Source: Paragordius varius
Taxonomy: Eukaryota > Animalia > Nematomorpha
DNA length: 64,000 bases
Direction: 5' to 3'
Assembly: GCA_964247055.1 (NCBI GenBank)
Contig: OZ176052.1
Span: 11,656,001-11,720,000 of the forward strand
Shown: in pieces, positions 1-13,200 of the stretch
How positions within the stretch are numbered: the stretch's first letter is position 1
Layout: every line of letters starts with the position of its first letter
Program-made: the position numbers and the translations under genes
The notes under the pieces: generated by a model
Database searches by the model: none
Told to the model about the DNA's origin: nothing
The model's input: the letters and a program-made list of their open reading frames with translations, nothing else

Positions 1-24
1 TTTACTCATGAAAAAAGCATTCGT

Positions 25-880
25 TAGGATTTAACTGGGGATAGGGGTTGAAAAATTGATCTAATCGCATACGATACAAGATCATTTGGGAAACAAAGGT
101 AATTTTCTTCTAAAAAAATTCGAGCCACTTAAAGGATCCTATTTTGATTTCAAAATTGATGATCCCCTCAACTCCTATCATACAAATGTGTGATACGTTT
201 TTTCCCCACAATATATATGCGCTAAACCATTTGAAAACTTTCTGCGGCAGAAAATTGTCCTAAAGGTGCGTATCCAATATTTTTGATTCTTCCTGACAAA
301 TTTTCTCCTGTTGTGTTTAAGGCGTATTAGAAGCGCGTTTCATATCGCTTCGAATAACTAGCAAAGAAATTCTTTCTCTCAGTTCTAAAATGCACTTTTT
401 ACGGGTTATATTTATTTCAGTATTTTACGCATTGTAGGTTTTAAAATCTTTGGAGGATCTGGTATTTTATTCAATTGATCATTAATCGTGGTTTTACTGG
501 CATTTTAAATGGTTTCAAGTTAAATCAAGATACCCAAATCTGGAAATTTTTAATACCCAAAACCATATTCCGGCTAAATTTATTAACCCGATAGTTTTTC
601 ATTTTCCAGAGGATTAGAAAATACTCTATATGCCTTGTATTTTTTTCTTTCGCCCAAAATTCATAAACTTTATTATAAAAAATGCTGGCTAACTGGCATA
701 TATAGAGGAACGTATCATTCCTATGTATGATAGGAGTTGAGGGAATCATTAATTTCGAAATCAAATCGAGATTATTGAAGCGGTAACTCCTTCAAATTTT
801 GCTTGGGGCTTTTTTTACCCCCAGTTAAACGCTATTAAATGTTTTTTTACCCCCCCCCCCCCCCCCCCAGTTAAAATCTA
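25..880. mobile_element. Possible MITE-like element with 16-bp terminal inverted repeats, in a laminin intron
   Basis: 25-40 TAGGATTTAACTGGGG vs reverse complement of 865-880 TAGATTTTAACTGGGG (14/16). A poly-C run (850-868) abuts the right TIR and a partial extra copy CCCCAGTTAAA lies at about 818-828. No longer TSD seen and no second copy in the window. Confidence 0.4.
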
Positions 881-1227
881 TAAATTGTTTTTGACAAATT
901 CATATTTTATCTCCAAAAAGACCACTCCATTGTTATAACTATGATAGATCAATATATCCAATTAAGACGTTTGTGTGAGGAAATACAAGACAAAATCAAT
1001 GAAAAATTATTTTGGTTTTTCTAATTCTATTTTAATAAAATAGTTGCCTTAAAAAAACTAAAAAATGAAAATAATTAACAACTTTTTAAAAAATTTTATC
1101 GTTCCTCCCAGAATTGGCGGTACTTTATAATTTTTTACTGGGAATTAGTTTTTCTAAAACGCTTTCATTTTTTGCCCTTTTCATCTTACTGCATTATACT
1201 ATGTGATGTTTTTTGTTATCACAATAG

Positions 1228-4200
1228 GTAAATCATACCATACAAATCAAATTACCGAATGAAGAAGAATACGTTGTTATAGCCAAATATGTTCAAGATA
1301 AATATCCAGGTTTCACAGTTAACATTGATATTGATGAGGGAAAAGGACACATCATAGGAAAGTTTAAGTTGGATTACTGCCCAAACTTATCGGGTTGTTA
1401 TGTTCTCCTTAAAGATTCAGACCTTAAATGGGTCTTTGAATTGCCGAAAGAATTCAATCTAACCATATATCATCATACTCCCTATCTGTTTTGGCTGGTA
1501 TATAATTGCTTGCATACATAACTTAATTTTTTAAATATACAAGTTTAACATTTTATGATAAATATATTTGTGTTGTTTGTAGAACAATATAATTCTCATG
1601 CCCAAAGATGTATACCAAAACAATTGGTTAGTTAATACACAACCAATTGACCAAACTGTCAAATTTATTGAAAGGTGTACAAACATTTTTATCGAGAATG
1701 ATACGAACACATTGATGGACCCATTTTGTCAAAAGGCCATGTTTTCGCTCTCCACCGATTTTAATACAGGGGCACTGCAATGCGATTGCGATAACCGCGG
1801 ATCTATCAGTTATAGCTGTAACCCTGTGGGCGGACAATGCCAATGTAAAGCCAATATAATTGGTCGGACTTGTTCCCGCTGTAAATCGGGATACTATGGA
1901 TTCCCTAATTGCCAAAGTAAGCTACTTTTTTGCATGGAAAGATGCGCCAAATTTGGTCAATATTGAATGAATGAAAACTTTGATTATATCTACTTTTAAT
2001 TTAGTGTCAAAATGATTTATTCAAATATATATCAAAATATTAAATATTAGAGGTATCGGATTACCATATTTTAATTTAATATTAATTTCCAGTGTCCTTG
2101 GATGCATATAATGCTTGATTCGCTGATAATAATGGTAAACAACATATTACTCTTTATGTATTATAGAATGTTCATGTCCTTTTTCGCTCTGTGACGAATC
2201 CACGGGCCAATGCCTCTGCCCTCCTCGCGTGACCGGGGCAAAGTGTGAAACGTGTGAACCATTTACTTTTGGTTATGATCCTATCATTGGATGTCAACCG
2301 TGTAATTGTATGGCTGCTGGTGTCGCAAATCCCAACACTGATCTCAATTGCCAAGCCTTAACGGGTAAGTGTCGATGTAAGCCCAATGTTGTAGGCCGAG
2401 ATTGTTCCACATGTCAATTCGGACATTACGGGTTCCCGCAATGCCAACAATGTGCATGTGATACACGGGGAGTTACGCAAAGTGTGTGCGATTCTTATGA
2501 CGGTTCCTGTTACTGCAAGGTATGTTTTAGTTTAAATCCTTTTTCGAGACAAGATTTTATTTAATCTAATTAACCTGTGTGCAAAATAGGGGGGGGGCTT
2601 TATATTTTTATTTTGGCCAATTATTGTACTATTTAGTTTTTATATTGAACCGTTTATGGCTCGGTTTTGGAATTATTTTACCGTTGGTTAATGAAAGGCT
2701 TCGCTAATTATTTTTTATCAGCCTTATTTGGAAAAATAGCCATGAAAGTATAAACATGTAAATGCTTTATTTTTAATCGCCCTAAAATAGTGTGGTTTGA
2801 TATAATAGAATAGCTAACAAAACTAAAGTCAATAGTTGTGAATACTCACAATAGAGGGGAAAGTTTGAGGCACATAACCATTCTTAAATGAGTGATAGCA
2901 TACAAAGTATCATTCATATTATAAAAACTAGCGTAAATCTCGTGCTGCTAAGCCCGAAGAAGTCCTTCGGACTTGTGGGGGGGCATTTTTGATTTTATAA
3001 GCAATTTTGATATGCGGCACGAAGTTTTATGATTCACATAGTCTCATAAGTTTTCTGAAATTTGGCTCTAAAGGCATATTGTATCGATATGATGGCGCAG
3101 TTGTAGGCGGGTCCCCGTACCTAGAGACCAATATAAAAATGTATTTGCATAAAAAAATTTGCCTTTTACCTGGAATCATTCATTCCTAATAGTTTATGGA
3201 AGAATGGCTTCAAAACTAAATGATAGCTCAATGATAGCGCATTTTTTAGAGAGTAAAGGGCCTATTTAACAGCTAATTCAAAAAATCCGCTCGACTAAAA
3301 TTTTTGACTTTTTACGGGTAATACTTTAAGCAGCTATTGAACTCATATCACCTGATAGGTTTTCTGAAATATAGCCCCAAAATCACGCGATTTCGATATG
3401 ACGGGTCAGTTTTTCGCGGTAGCTCCTTACCCAGCAGCTATCATCAAAGAAATGGTTGACTAAAATTTTTGCCTTTTAACAGGGAAAGCGTAGAATCCTT
3501 ATTTAATTTTTAAAGTCTCATACCTTAAGCAAAAAAATACAATCAAAAAATTATTTTTGTGGCTTTGTTTTTTTTTTGAAAAAAAATGGCATTTTACGGG
3601 GGGAGCGGGTAAAAAGAGGGCCATCAAAAAAGTGACTCGACTATGTTCGGCGCAATCGAAAATAACTAAACAAAAATCATATAAGGTCCAACACGTTCTC
3701 CGGAAAATTGTCTAAAAGACACGATTTTTATGGACTTATGTTTTCAAAAAAACGCGTTTTTTACACGGGATAGGCCCGAACTGGGGGCCTATTTCAAAAA
3801 AAGGGCGAAGTTATTGTCGGGGCATTTATTAATGATTATATTTTTTCGATGTTTGGATTTGAATGGGTCCACCGGTTTTCCAGGAGCAGATAAGAAAGCC
3901 AGTATTTTTTATTTTTATAAATATATGGATTATTAAATCTTATTTTTTTTAGAAAAAAATAATATAAAAAAAACAAGGATAATTTTTCATTACAAATTGA
4001 AAACATATAAAAATTGCACATTCGCTTTTTAGAACTGCAGTTACGGTTTTAACGGTTCCTATTGGGATCCTTATGTAACAGCAGAATAAAGAGATTTGAA
4101 AAAATTATAAGTGTAAAATAATTTATGAAATTTTTTATTATATTACATAGGAAAATACGGAGGCACCATATTGTGATAGGTGCAAACCTGGGACATTTTT

Positions 4201-7200
4201 GTTGGATGGACGGGACCCCAAAGGATGCATTAATTGTTTTTGTTTTGGCGCAACTCAAATATGTCAATCCTCCATGATGTTTTGGCATTCGGTATATATC
4301 TACATAATAATATATAAGATATGCATTGAGCAAGATTCTGTAAAGAAAATATAAGGATTAAGTCTTTTAATATTATTTTTTGGTATTATATATGATTAGA
4401 GATATTAATTAGCTTTATAAAGTTGATGGTCTTTTAATGCCTATTATACTTTTAAAGTTTTGGTATATTAAAGCAAATAAAACTAAACTTATTTATGTCA
4501 TATTTTAGAATATTAATTATATTAGATTACAAGAGTAGATGGTTGGACGCTAAAAGATCACAGCACGGAAATTAGCAAGGATTCAGTAACGTTTGATAAC
4601 CAGCAAAAAGTTATTTATGTCAAAAATTTGGGACACCATTCCAAATCTGACAATGGTATCTATTTGTCTGCACCTCAGACCTATATTGGGAATAAAGTAA
4701 AACATTAATTTCGACAGCAAATGTTTAAGTTATTTTGCACTCCATACAATTCCTTATAAATATATATATATATATTTAACTCTTAGGTAAAATCATACGG
4801 CGGAAACTTATCTTATGAACTTTTTATCCGAGCCCATAGCAATTATAAGGAAGCGGTACATGTTCGACCAACACTTATATTGAAAGTAAACCTTTTAAAT
4901 TAAATATTTATACCTATATTTTACCAAAAAATATTATATTTTGACAAAATTTTTAGGGAAACAACATGACTCTCATACATTATTCGGACGAACAACCAAA
5001 CATCAATACACCTCACAAAATAGTTATAAATTTGAGGGAATTTTCGTTTGAACATTTAGATAACATTAAGACTACTGGTACATCATCCCAAAATGGGATA
5101 CCAATGGCTCCTATGTACAAATCCGTAACTCGTGAACAATTTATGATGATTTTGGCTAATGTACAAGAGCTTTCAATCCTAGTTCAATACTTCTCTACCA
5201 ATTTGGAGACACAGTATGTACTGTAACTCTAACTTTATCAAATTAATAAAAGATAAGTGATGACGGTTTATTTAACATCGCAACCACATTTTTGGGGAGT
5301 TAATCAAAAATTTATGTGCGGATGACTATTTTTGGATGTTAACCCTCCTTTTTAATTTTTTTGGGTACTATTTTCGCGCATATATAGGCATAAATCTATT
5401 TTTTGCTATTTTTTTGTCATTTCCAGGCCTTAGTTATTCAATAAAGTTACTTTTCGAGTCTAGCGTTTATCACAAAAGATTGATTATATACTATTTTCTT
5501 ACGTTTGTAGTGTTCGACAACCGTCCCTTGACACCGCAGCAAACTTTATGGCATCTTCCCCACAAGAAACTGCTAAAGCGAATACTAATCCTTTGATGAA
5601 ACCTGCCCTGAGTGTGGAACAATGCCAATGTCCAATCAATTATGCTGGCACGTCATGTGAAACATGTAACGTTGGATACTATCGCGTTTCCCACTCTAAT
5701 ACTTGGAATGGCATTATTAATAATAATGCAAATCATTTTTCACAATATGCCCTGTCTCAAGGCCTGGGTGACAATTATATGATGTTATCATCAAATACGT
5801 TGTTACCTATTTATGATCGAATACATGCTGCACCTTATTGCGTAAAGTGTGAATGTAATGGTCATGCCGAAACGTGCGAAGATGAAACGGGAAAATGTAT
5901 AGATTGTCAGCATAACACGACTGGGGACCATTGTGAAATGTGTCAAGCCGGGTTTTATGGCGATTCTCGGTTAGGGACGCCGAACGATTGTTCCGTTTGC
6001 CCTTGTCCTTTGCCACAACCATCCAATAAGTATGTGTCAATTTTTGAGAACTATATTTTTAACAATTCTTTGGCTTTATAGTTGGTATGTAAGTTTTTGG
6101 ATTTACGAATGATACAGATCTATGAGCCATGAAATAAACAGAAATCATTTGTAAAAAACATATAAAACGAATTTTAACGGTATACTTTGATGTTTAGTAG
6201 GCATTTATAGTAGGGAAAATTGCATTTAAACAACATTTTATTTGACAAATATTATTGATATAAATTTTTGGTTTTAGCATTTTTAATGTTTTTGCGAATA
6301 AGGTTGTAAAAACCCTTAAATTTCAGTGAGAAAACAATTGTCCCATTATATTATATACAACATACACATTTATATGTTCCTTTAGTTTTGCAAACTCGTG
6401 TCAAATCCGCGATGATGGACAACGCTATACACTAATAACTTGTGACTGTCATCCAAATTATGCTGGTCTCAATTGTGAAAGGTATGCAACATTATTTTCC
6501 ATAAAATTTTTATATATTTTACTTGCCTATATTTCAAACCTGTATCGAAGGCACATCATTTCGATTTTGTCATTTATTTTATTTATATGGTATTAGATGT
6601 GCTCCAGGTTTTTACGGAGAACCGTACAAAGTAGGCGGTAGTTGCAAACCGTGTCAATGCAATAATAATTTGGATATGAGTCATGAGAGCCCTTGTGATG
6701 GTATTACCGGGGCATGCATAGCTTGTGGAAATAATACTGCGGGCCCGAGTTGTAATTTGTGCGCTTTGGGTTATTTTGGTAATGCCATAAGTGGCCGATG
6801 TCAACCTTGTAAATGCAATGGGTGTGGTTCCACCTGTGATGCCTTAACTGGTCATTGCAGGTGTCACGCTAATGTAGCTGGACAATATTGTGACGTGTGC
6901 GCTGTAAGAATTTATCATTTTATATATATATATATATATGTTGAGGGTGGAAGTGAAAATAAAGGTTAAAATCCAGGAATTTCCACTTGCTTCCTTAATA
7001 CTAGATCATAATTGGATATACTAAAAATTGGTATAAAATTACTTTTATGCTTTGTAAATTTTCTTTTAACTAATATGAATGTGTCAATCAGGAAAAAACG
7101 TGTTATTTTCGGAATAATATAAAAAATTAACATTGATATGTCAAATTAAAATAATGACTCCTAGAATAGCACATCATTATATAATGTTAACTTTGTAACA

Positions 7201-10200
7201 ACTTTAAATTAAATATTTCAACTATTTTTTCTGCATTTTAGCCTGGTTTTTGGGATTTTAAAAGTTGTTCCGGTTGCAAAGCATGCAATTGTTCTATTGG
7301 TGCAGAAACTCCCCAATGTGATACACTTACTGGTCAATGTGCATGTAAGCCAGGTACCACGGGTAAATATTGCGAAAGGTGTCGCGATGGTTTTTGGAAT
7401 TATGGGCCAAACGGATGTCAACGTAATTTCTTTACAATTTATTTAATTCTTTGGAAAACTTTTTCGGTAATTTCATAAAGAATTCTATTTATGCATTTCT
7501 ACTAAAATATTCCGTTTTTAATAAAATAAATGTGGAAAACAAAGGGGTAAAATGTGTAAACTATCCCTTCAAGATTTTTGTAAAGAACCTTAACCTGTAA
7601 AAGACTGCCAACCACCATTTTATTAGTAATTATTTTTTATTAAGCCAAAACATATCATATAACACAGCTCCTCATTTATCAACCCTAAATGCATTGGCAA
7701 TATTAATTTTATAATATGGTTACTGTATAAGTTTTTTTATAAAAACTTAATTCATTGATTTCACGCCTTATTTTTTTTTTACTGCGAATTATAGCTTGTG
7801 CATGTGCCTCCCATGGTTCCATAGGAACACATTGTGATGCCAAAACAGGACAATGTAGTTGTCTCTTAGGCGTGACTGGTGATAAATGTGACCAGTGTAA
7901 ACCTCGACACATTTTGGCTCAAGGCAAGGGATGTCAACGTAAGTGTCATAAATAACTCTAATAATGATAAATTAGGTTATTAATATAAATTTGGAATATA
8001 TATATATATATAATATATGTATATGCCTTATTTACCTAATTTATTTAATAAAACATCATAAAATGGTAAATAAATGTTGCATTTAGTCAAATATTAAAGG
8101 AGTTGGGATCTAGAAGGATTGTTTTGGGCGAATAAAGATTCAACTAATCACTAACATTTTTATTTTATATTTTTTTAAAGGGTTCATTACTGCGTAATTT
8201 TACAACACTCTATTTTTTTAAATACCCAAAATTAGCTTGTGATAAATGTATCCATACACTGTTGGACGATGTTGATACGCAACAAAATTTATGGCAAAAT
8301 GTGAGTCACGTTATTCGTGATATTTCATCCGGCGTTTATAGTCGGAGACGCTTCAATGAAATCAATCAAACCATCGCAAATCTAGCACCATTGCTTGAAA
8401 GTGTTAGGAAATCCGCTAAAGATCCCCATGGAGGTGTAAGGTTTGAAATGGCCCCTATAAAAGACGCTTTGTTGGCTCTTGGTGTACAATCTCAATACAT
8501 TGAAACGAAATTGAATAATTTAGCCTTTGAAGCAAATATCAGTCATTCTGGTATGACCAATCTTACCAAAGATGTTGGTGATATGGCTAAAACTATCACT
8601 GCCCTCCATCGCACCATATATGGTAATTATATTAAGCTTTTCCATTTTTTTTAAATTAAATGTTTGAACATTATCATCTATTTTTAAAACTTTTGACCCT
8701 AACATACTGAAATAAGAAGAATCAGCACAAGCATAATCATAATTTTTATCTATATTTTTGTATCTAACCTAAATTTAATTAATAACTGCCAAATAAGGAA
8801 AAGGATGAGGCAATTTTACAAAGATAAGTTAAAAAAAAGATCTACTTGAATAATGGTATTTATGTTCTAATCGTTTCAAAAGGGTAAAAAATAAATTTTA
8901 ACGATTGCGAAAATTTACTGGTAATTTCAAATATAATATATAGAATGATTAGTCTAATTATTTTAAAGAAGTTTTTTATCGTGTTTGGTAATAGTCTCGC
9001 ATATATGCGTTTATATCACTACTTAAAATAATTAAATAAAATTTTTTATACAACATATGCAATAATTTAGACGTTATCACAAAGGCTCGACGAGTAGAAA
9101 ATGCTATAAAATCTGATAAAGTTCGAGAAAATAGAGATACACTCGTGGAACAAGCGCAAAGAATGTCCACTCTTCTCAATGATATGAGTTTTAATTCGAC
9201 CGAAGCACAAATACGGACTGATATGGAAGCTATTTATGAATGTAATTTATATCTTTGCGTTTTCCAAAAAATTGATTACTATTATTTGTATTATTCATAA
9301 CTTCTCTATTTTTTAGTATTATATCGGGCTCAATTCATGGAATTCGGTCCTAAACAAGTGCAAGAAACTATGACCTCTCTTGTGAAAGATTGTGACGCAC
9401 TCGTTGATAAATTACGGAATGTTCATAATTTTACGCGTCAAATATACTCTCATCTTGATCAAAATCAGAGACTGCTACAGCAAACTGATCCACTCACTGT
9501 TAAACAAATGATCTCAGACACACAAAGTCATAAAACAGAATTGGGCGATACGGTCCGTGGAGCACGAAGATTAATTGAAGAAACTAAAGGCGTATATATC
9601 AATGCCTCAAAGTATACAATTTTCCTCTAGTATTACCATTAAAACAGGGGAAAGTTATATTTTATAGCACCAGTAGTTTTAAACGGTTTTGAAAAGTGGT
9701 TTCAGAACCGCAGTTCAAAATCTTTATATCATAAAAACAAAGTTAACCTTATTTTTAATTTTTTTTATTTTATTAATAGAAGAATAATTGATAGGGGAAT
9801 TTGTCACTTTATAATGAAACCGAAATCCGAACCATTTGACCGAAAAATTGCGGGTTTCGAATTATAAGTTTGGTGACTTCAATTTACCGGAAACTCTATT
9901 GAATATAAAGCAATTGTTATTAAATTAACTATAATTTTAGTACATATTTGCCTTATTATACTTTATGATCTGGTTACAATCGCATAAATTAAATGTTATA
10001 AATTAATGTAGAAATATGCAACAACTCGAAATTACACTTGAAAGTACCAACACGCCACACCAAGCCTTGTTAAACTTTGTTACTACAAAAAATCCTGAAA
10101 CCTCCAAAAATGAAAATCAATTACCACTTCCAACTACTCTGATAGATTCTGTCCTTCAACATTCACAAATGTTAGAATCTCAATCTTATCATTTTCAGCT

Positions 10201-13200
10201 AACGTTTAATCCCACGAAAGCTGTTTCGAGTCCCGCAACAAAAGCTGCCTTAGTTTATAAAACGATCACTGAATCCATTTTGAATGGTTCATGGCTAGCT
10301 AATTCGGCTGAAATGAATATCCAAGCAGCAGAAAGCCTTATAAACATTGATGATAATGGCCTTAATGTTGGATTGGAAGACCAAAATTCTCGTTTCTTTC
10401 ATCATAATGCGACAAACAATTCAACTTTAGGGAATAAAAACCATGACACAATTAGGTATGTTATTTAAATTTTAAAATTTAAACTTATTCTTGAAAAAAA
10501 AATAGTTCATACCTATTTTTTGTATAATCCATAGCCGAACATTCTTTATCGCAAGCCGGGAGATTTTGGCAAAAACACAGGAGGCCAGCTCCAAAATCCA
10601 ATTTGATAGCGTTTCCAAACTCCGACTCATCAAAGAAACTATCGAAATAAATGAAGAGAGACTTGAGGAGCTTGGCAACGAGGTTGATATATTACAAGAA
10701 AGTGTTGAGCACGCCCTAAATACATTAACTGCCTCTACGGGAACTTCTGATGGTAATCTTTTTAATTAAAATATATTAACACATTTTATTGATGATGTAT
10801 TTATGAATTTTATCCTTATAAATTCTTTTTGAAATAAAAACTGTAAAAATCTAATATCATTATAGGGGATATTTTGCAAGAAGCGACTCGTGTTTTAACC
10901 GATGCTACGAATCTTGAGTCCGAATTTTCTAATATAGCTCTACTTTTTAATCAAACGAATGATAAACTCAAATCCACCCCTAGTTATATGACCAATAAAG
11001 GAAAACAAGATATTGGATTAGTGGGTATGTTTTTTGCATTTAAGATTTAAAAGTTAAAAATTATTTATTTCGTATTCGGCCATTTAAACCACTATTTGAT
11101 TCAAAAATACTGATATCACAGACTGTAAAGCAAATTTAACATAACAAATCGTAAAAAATTTGTTAAAATGCTGGTTTTCATTCTGTCGTGTTCTGTAGTT
11201 ACACAAGCTCTGTCTGATGTTAAAAGTGCAGAATCCGCTTTGGGCTCTGCAGAAACGCGGGTTGGATCGCTAAAACATCACGATACAACGCTCGATGGTG
11301 GCCTCGATGAATTGGAACAATTATTGGCTCAAGCACGAACTCAAACTGAACAAATTTCGCTTGGGATAAATAGCGATGGAGAAGGCTACCTAACTTTACA
11401 TCACCCTGAACATTTGATTGAAGCCACGTCACATACCAGTCTACATGGTTACTTCCGGACATCACATAAAAATGGCCTCATATTTTTTGCTGGTCCTTCT
11501 AACCACACGAATCATACGGAAGCCATACAGGTAGGTTTTCTCTAATTTTAAGGAAAAAAAATTGGCTAATGTAAAACTATTTTTTTTAAAGAGACATTTT
11601 ATTATTATGGTACTGATTTACGAAAATTAATTCCAATTTTAAATGTATCGATAATATCGGTTTTTAATCGGGAATAATTGCATAATTATTGCCCGAAACA
11701 TGATATATTCGTTGCTAGCTTCAAAAATATATTTAGGATTTCTTTGCCCTTGCTATACAAAATGGATATCCACACTTTTATTTTGATATGGGCGAAGGTG
11801 CAGGCGTTGTTAAAAGCAATAACTATGTAGCAGACAATCAATGGCACAAATTCATTATTGAAAGGTATGTTATTATAAATTTTATATTTAAAAAAACTTG
11901 TCGATGATACCGCGCTCTATACTACTCTATTTCATAATTTTAGGAATGGTATAAGAGGCATACTGACCATCATATCTCGAACGAATGAATCGACTCTCGT
12001 TACTCGACGGAAAGGTAAAACCAAATATGTGACGGATACACAGGAGGCTATAGCTCGTGGTAGCAAATCTATCATGAATTTCGGAGGGAATGGAACGACT
12101 GTAATTTATATTGCAGGCCTACCAAAATCTTCAAAAAAGCATATATCTTCCACCATCTTAGAGAGCAATAATATAACTGTGGCCGGGTTCAAGGGCTGTA
12201 TCGATGGCTTAGTCCTTAATCGACAACCCATAAGTCTTTGGAACTTTAAAGAAACTACCCCTGGAATTACTGCTTGCGCTGAACGCGATTGGGAATTTGA
12301 GGATCACAACAGCGAACGGTTCGATGAAGGTCGGTTTGCGAAATCGGTTTCTGCGACATTTGATGACAACTCGAACAGTAATAAATGGGATATGAATGAA
12401 GTGGCCTCTACCTTAGATCAATCTACTGCTACGGATGATTTAAAAGGCCAATTAGCTAAGCCCGTGCGCTACACCAGTCAAAATTATTATCATTTCGATG
12501 GATCTAGTTTCACCATTGTTCCTAAAGGTAATTTGGTATGAAAAGGATTAATTACCTAATTTAAAAATAAAAAATCCGAAAAACAATTATTAACAATATT
12601 TGATTTGCTAGCCAATGTATTTAACCCTTTTACTACATCATATAAATAGGTACTATTTTAGATTTGTCTACTGTAATTTGTTTATTGTATTTTGGATATG
12701 GTTAAACATATATATATACATAATCAATTTACAACTCTTACAGGAAAATTTAATCCCACCGAAAAAAGTCACATAGGCTTCAAAATTAAGACGCTTCAAC
12801 CCAAGGCTCTGCTAATTTTTGCACGCCGCGATTCTGTGAGGAATGAAAGTAAGGATTACATGGCACTCGAAATTAATGATGGACAGATAATTTTCCATTT
12901 TGATTTGGGTTCGGGGCCAGCTTATTTGGTTTCCGATATACGGATTGATGATAACAACTGGCACGATATAGATGCTAACCGCCAAGGTCAAAATGCTTTG
13001 TTACGCGTGGATGGACGAGAGGGTACACGCTTTGACAGAGAAATGAATTTCTTAAATAATACAAATAATTTTATATTTGCCTAAATAATGTTTTTGAACC
13101 ACAAGCTTAGATTTGCAATTGGTTATATATTTTTTTCCAATTTTTTAATCTCTTATGCCCACTTTAGTTGCAAATACCGTTTCCCCTGGTACGGATAAAA

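Noticed and set aside
850-868. 19-nt poly-C run as a G-quadruplex regulatory element
   Set aside because: Part of a putative MITE end; homopolymer length is error-prone and nothing else supports a function.
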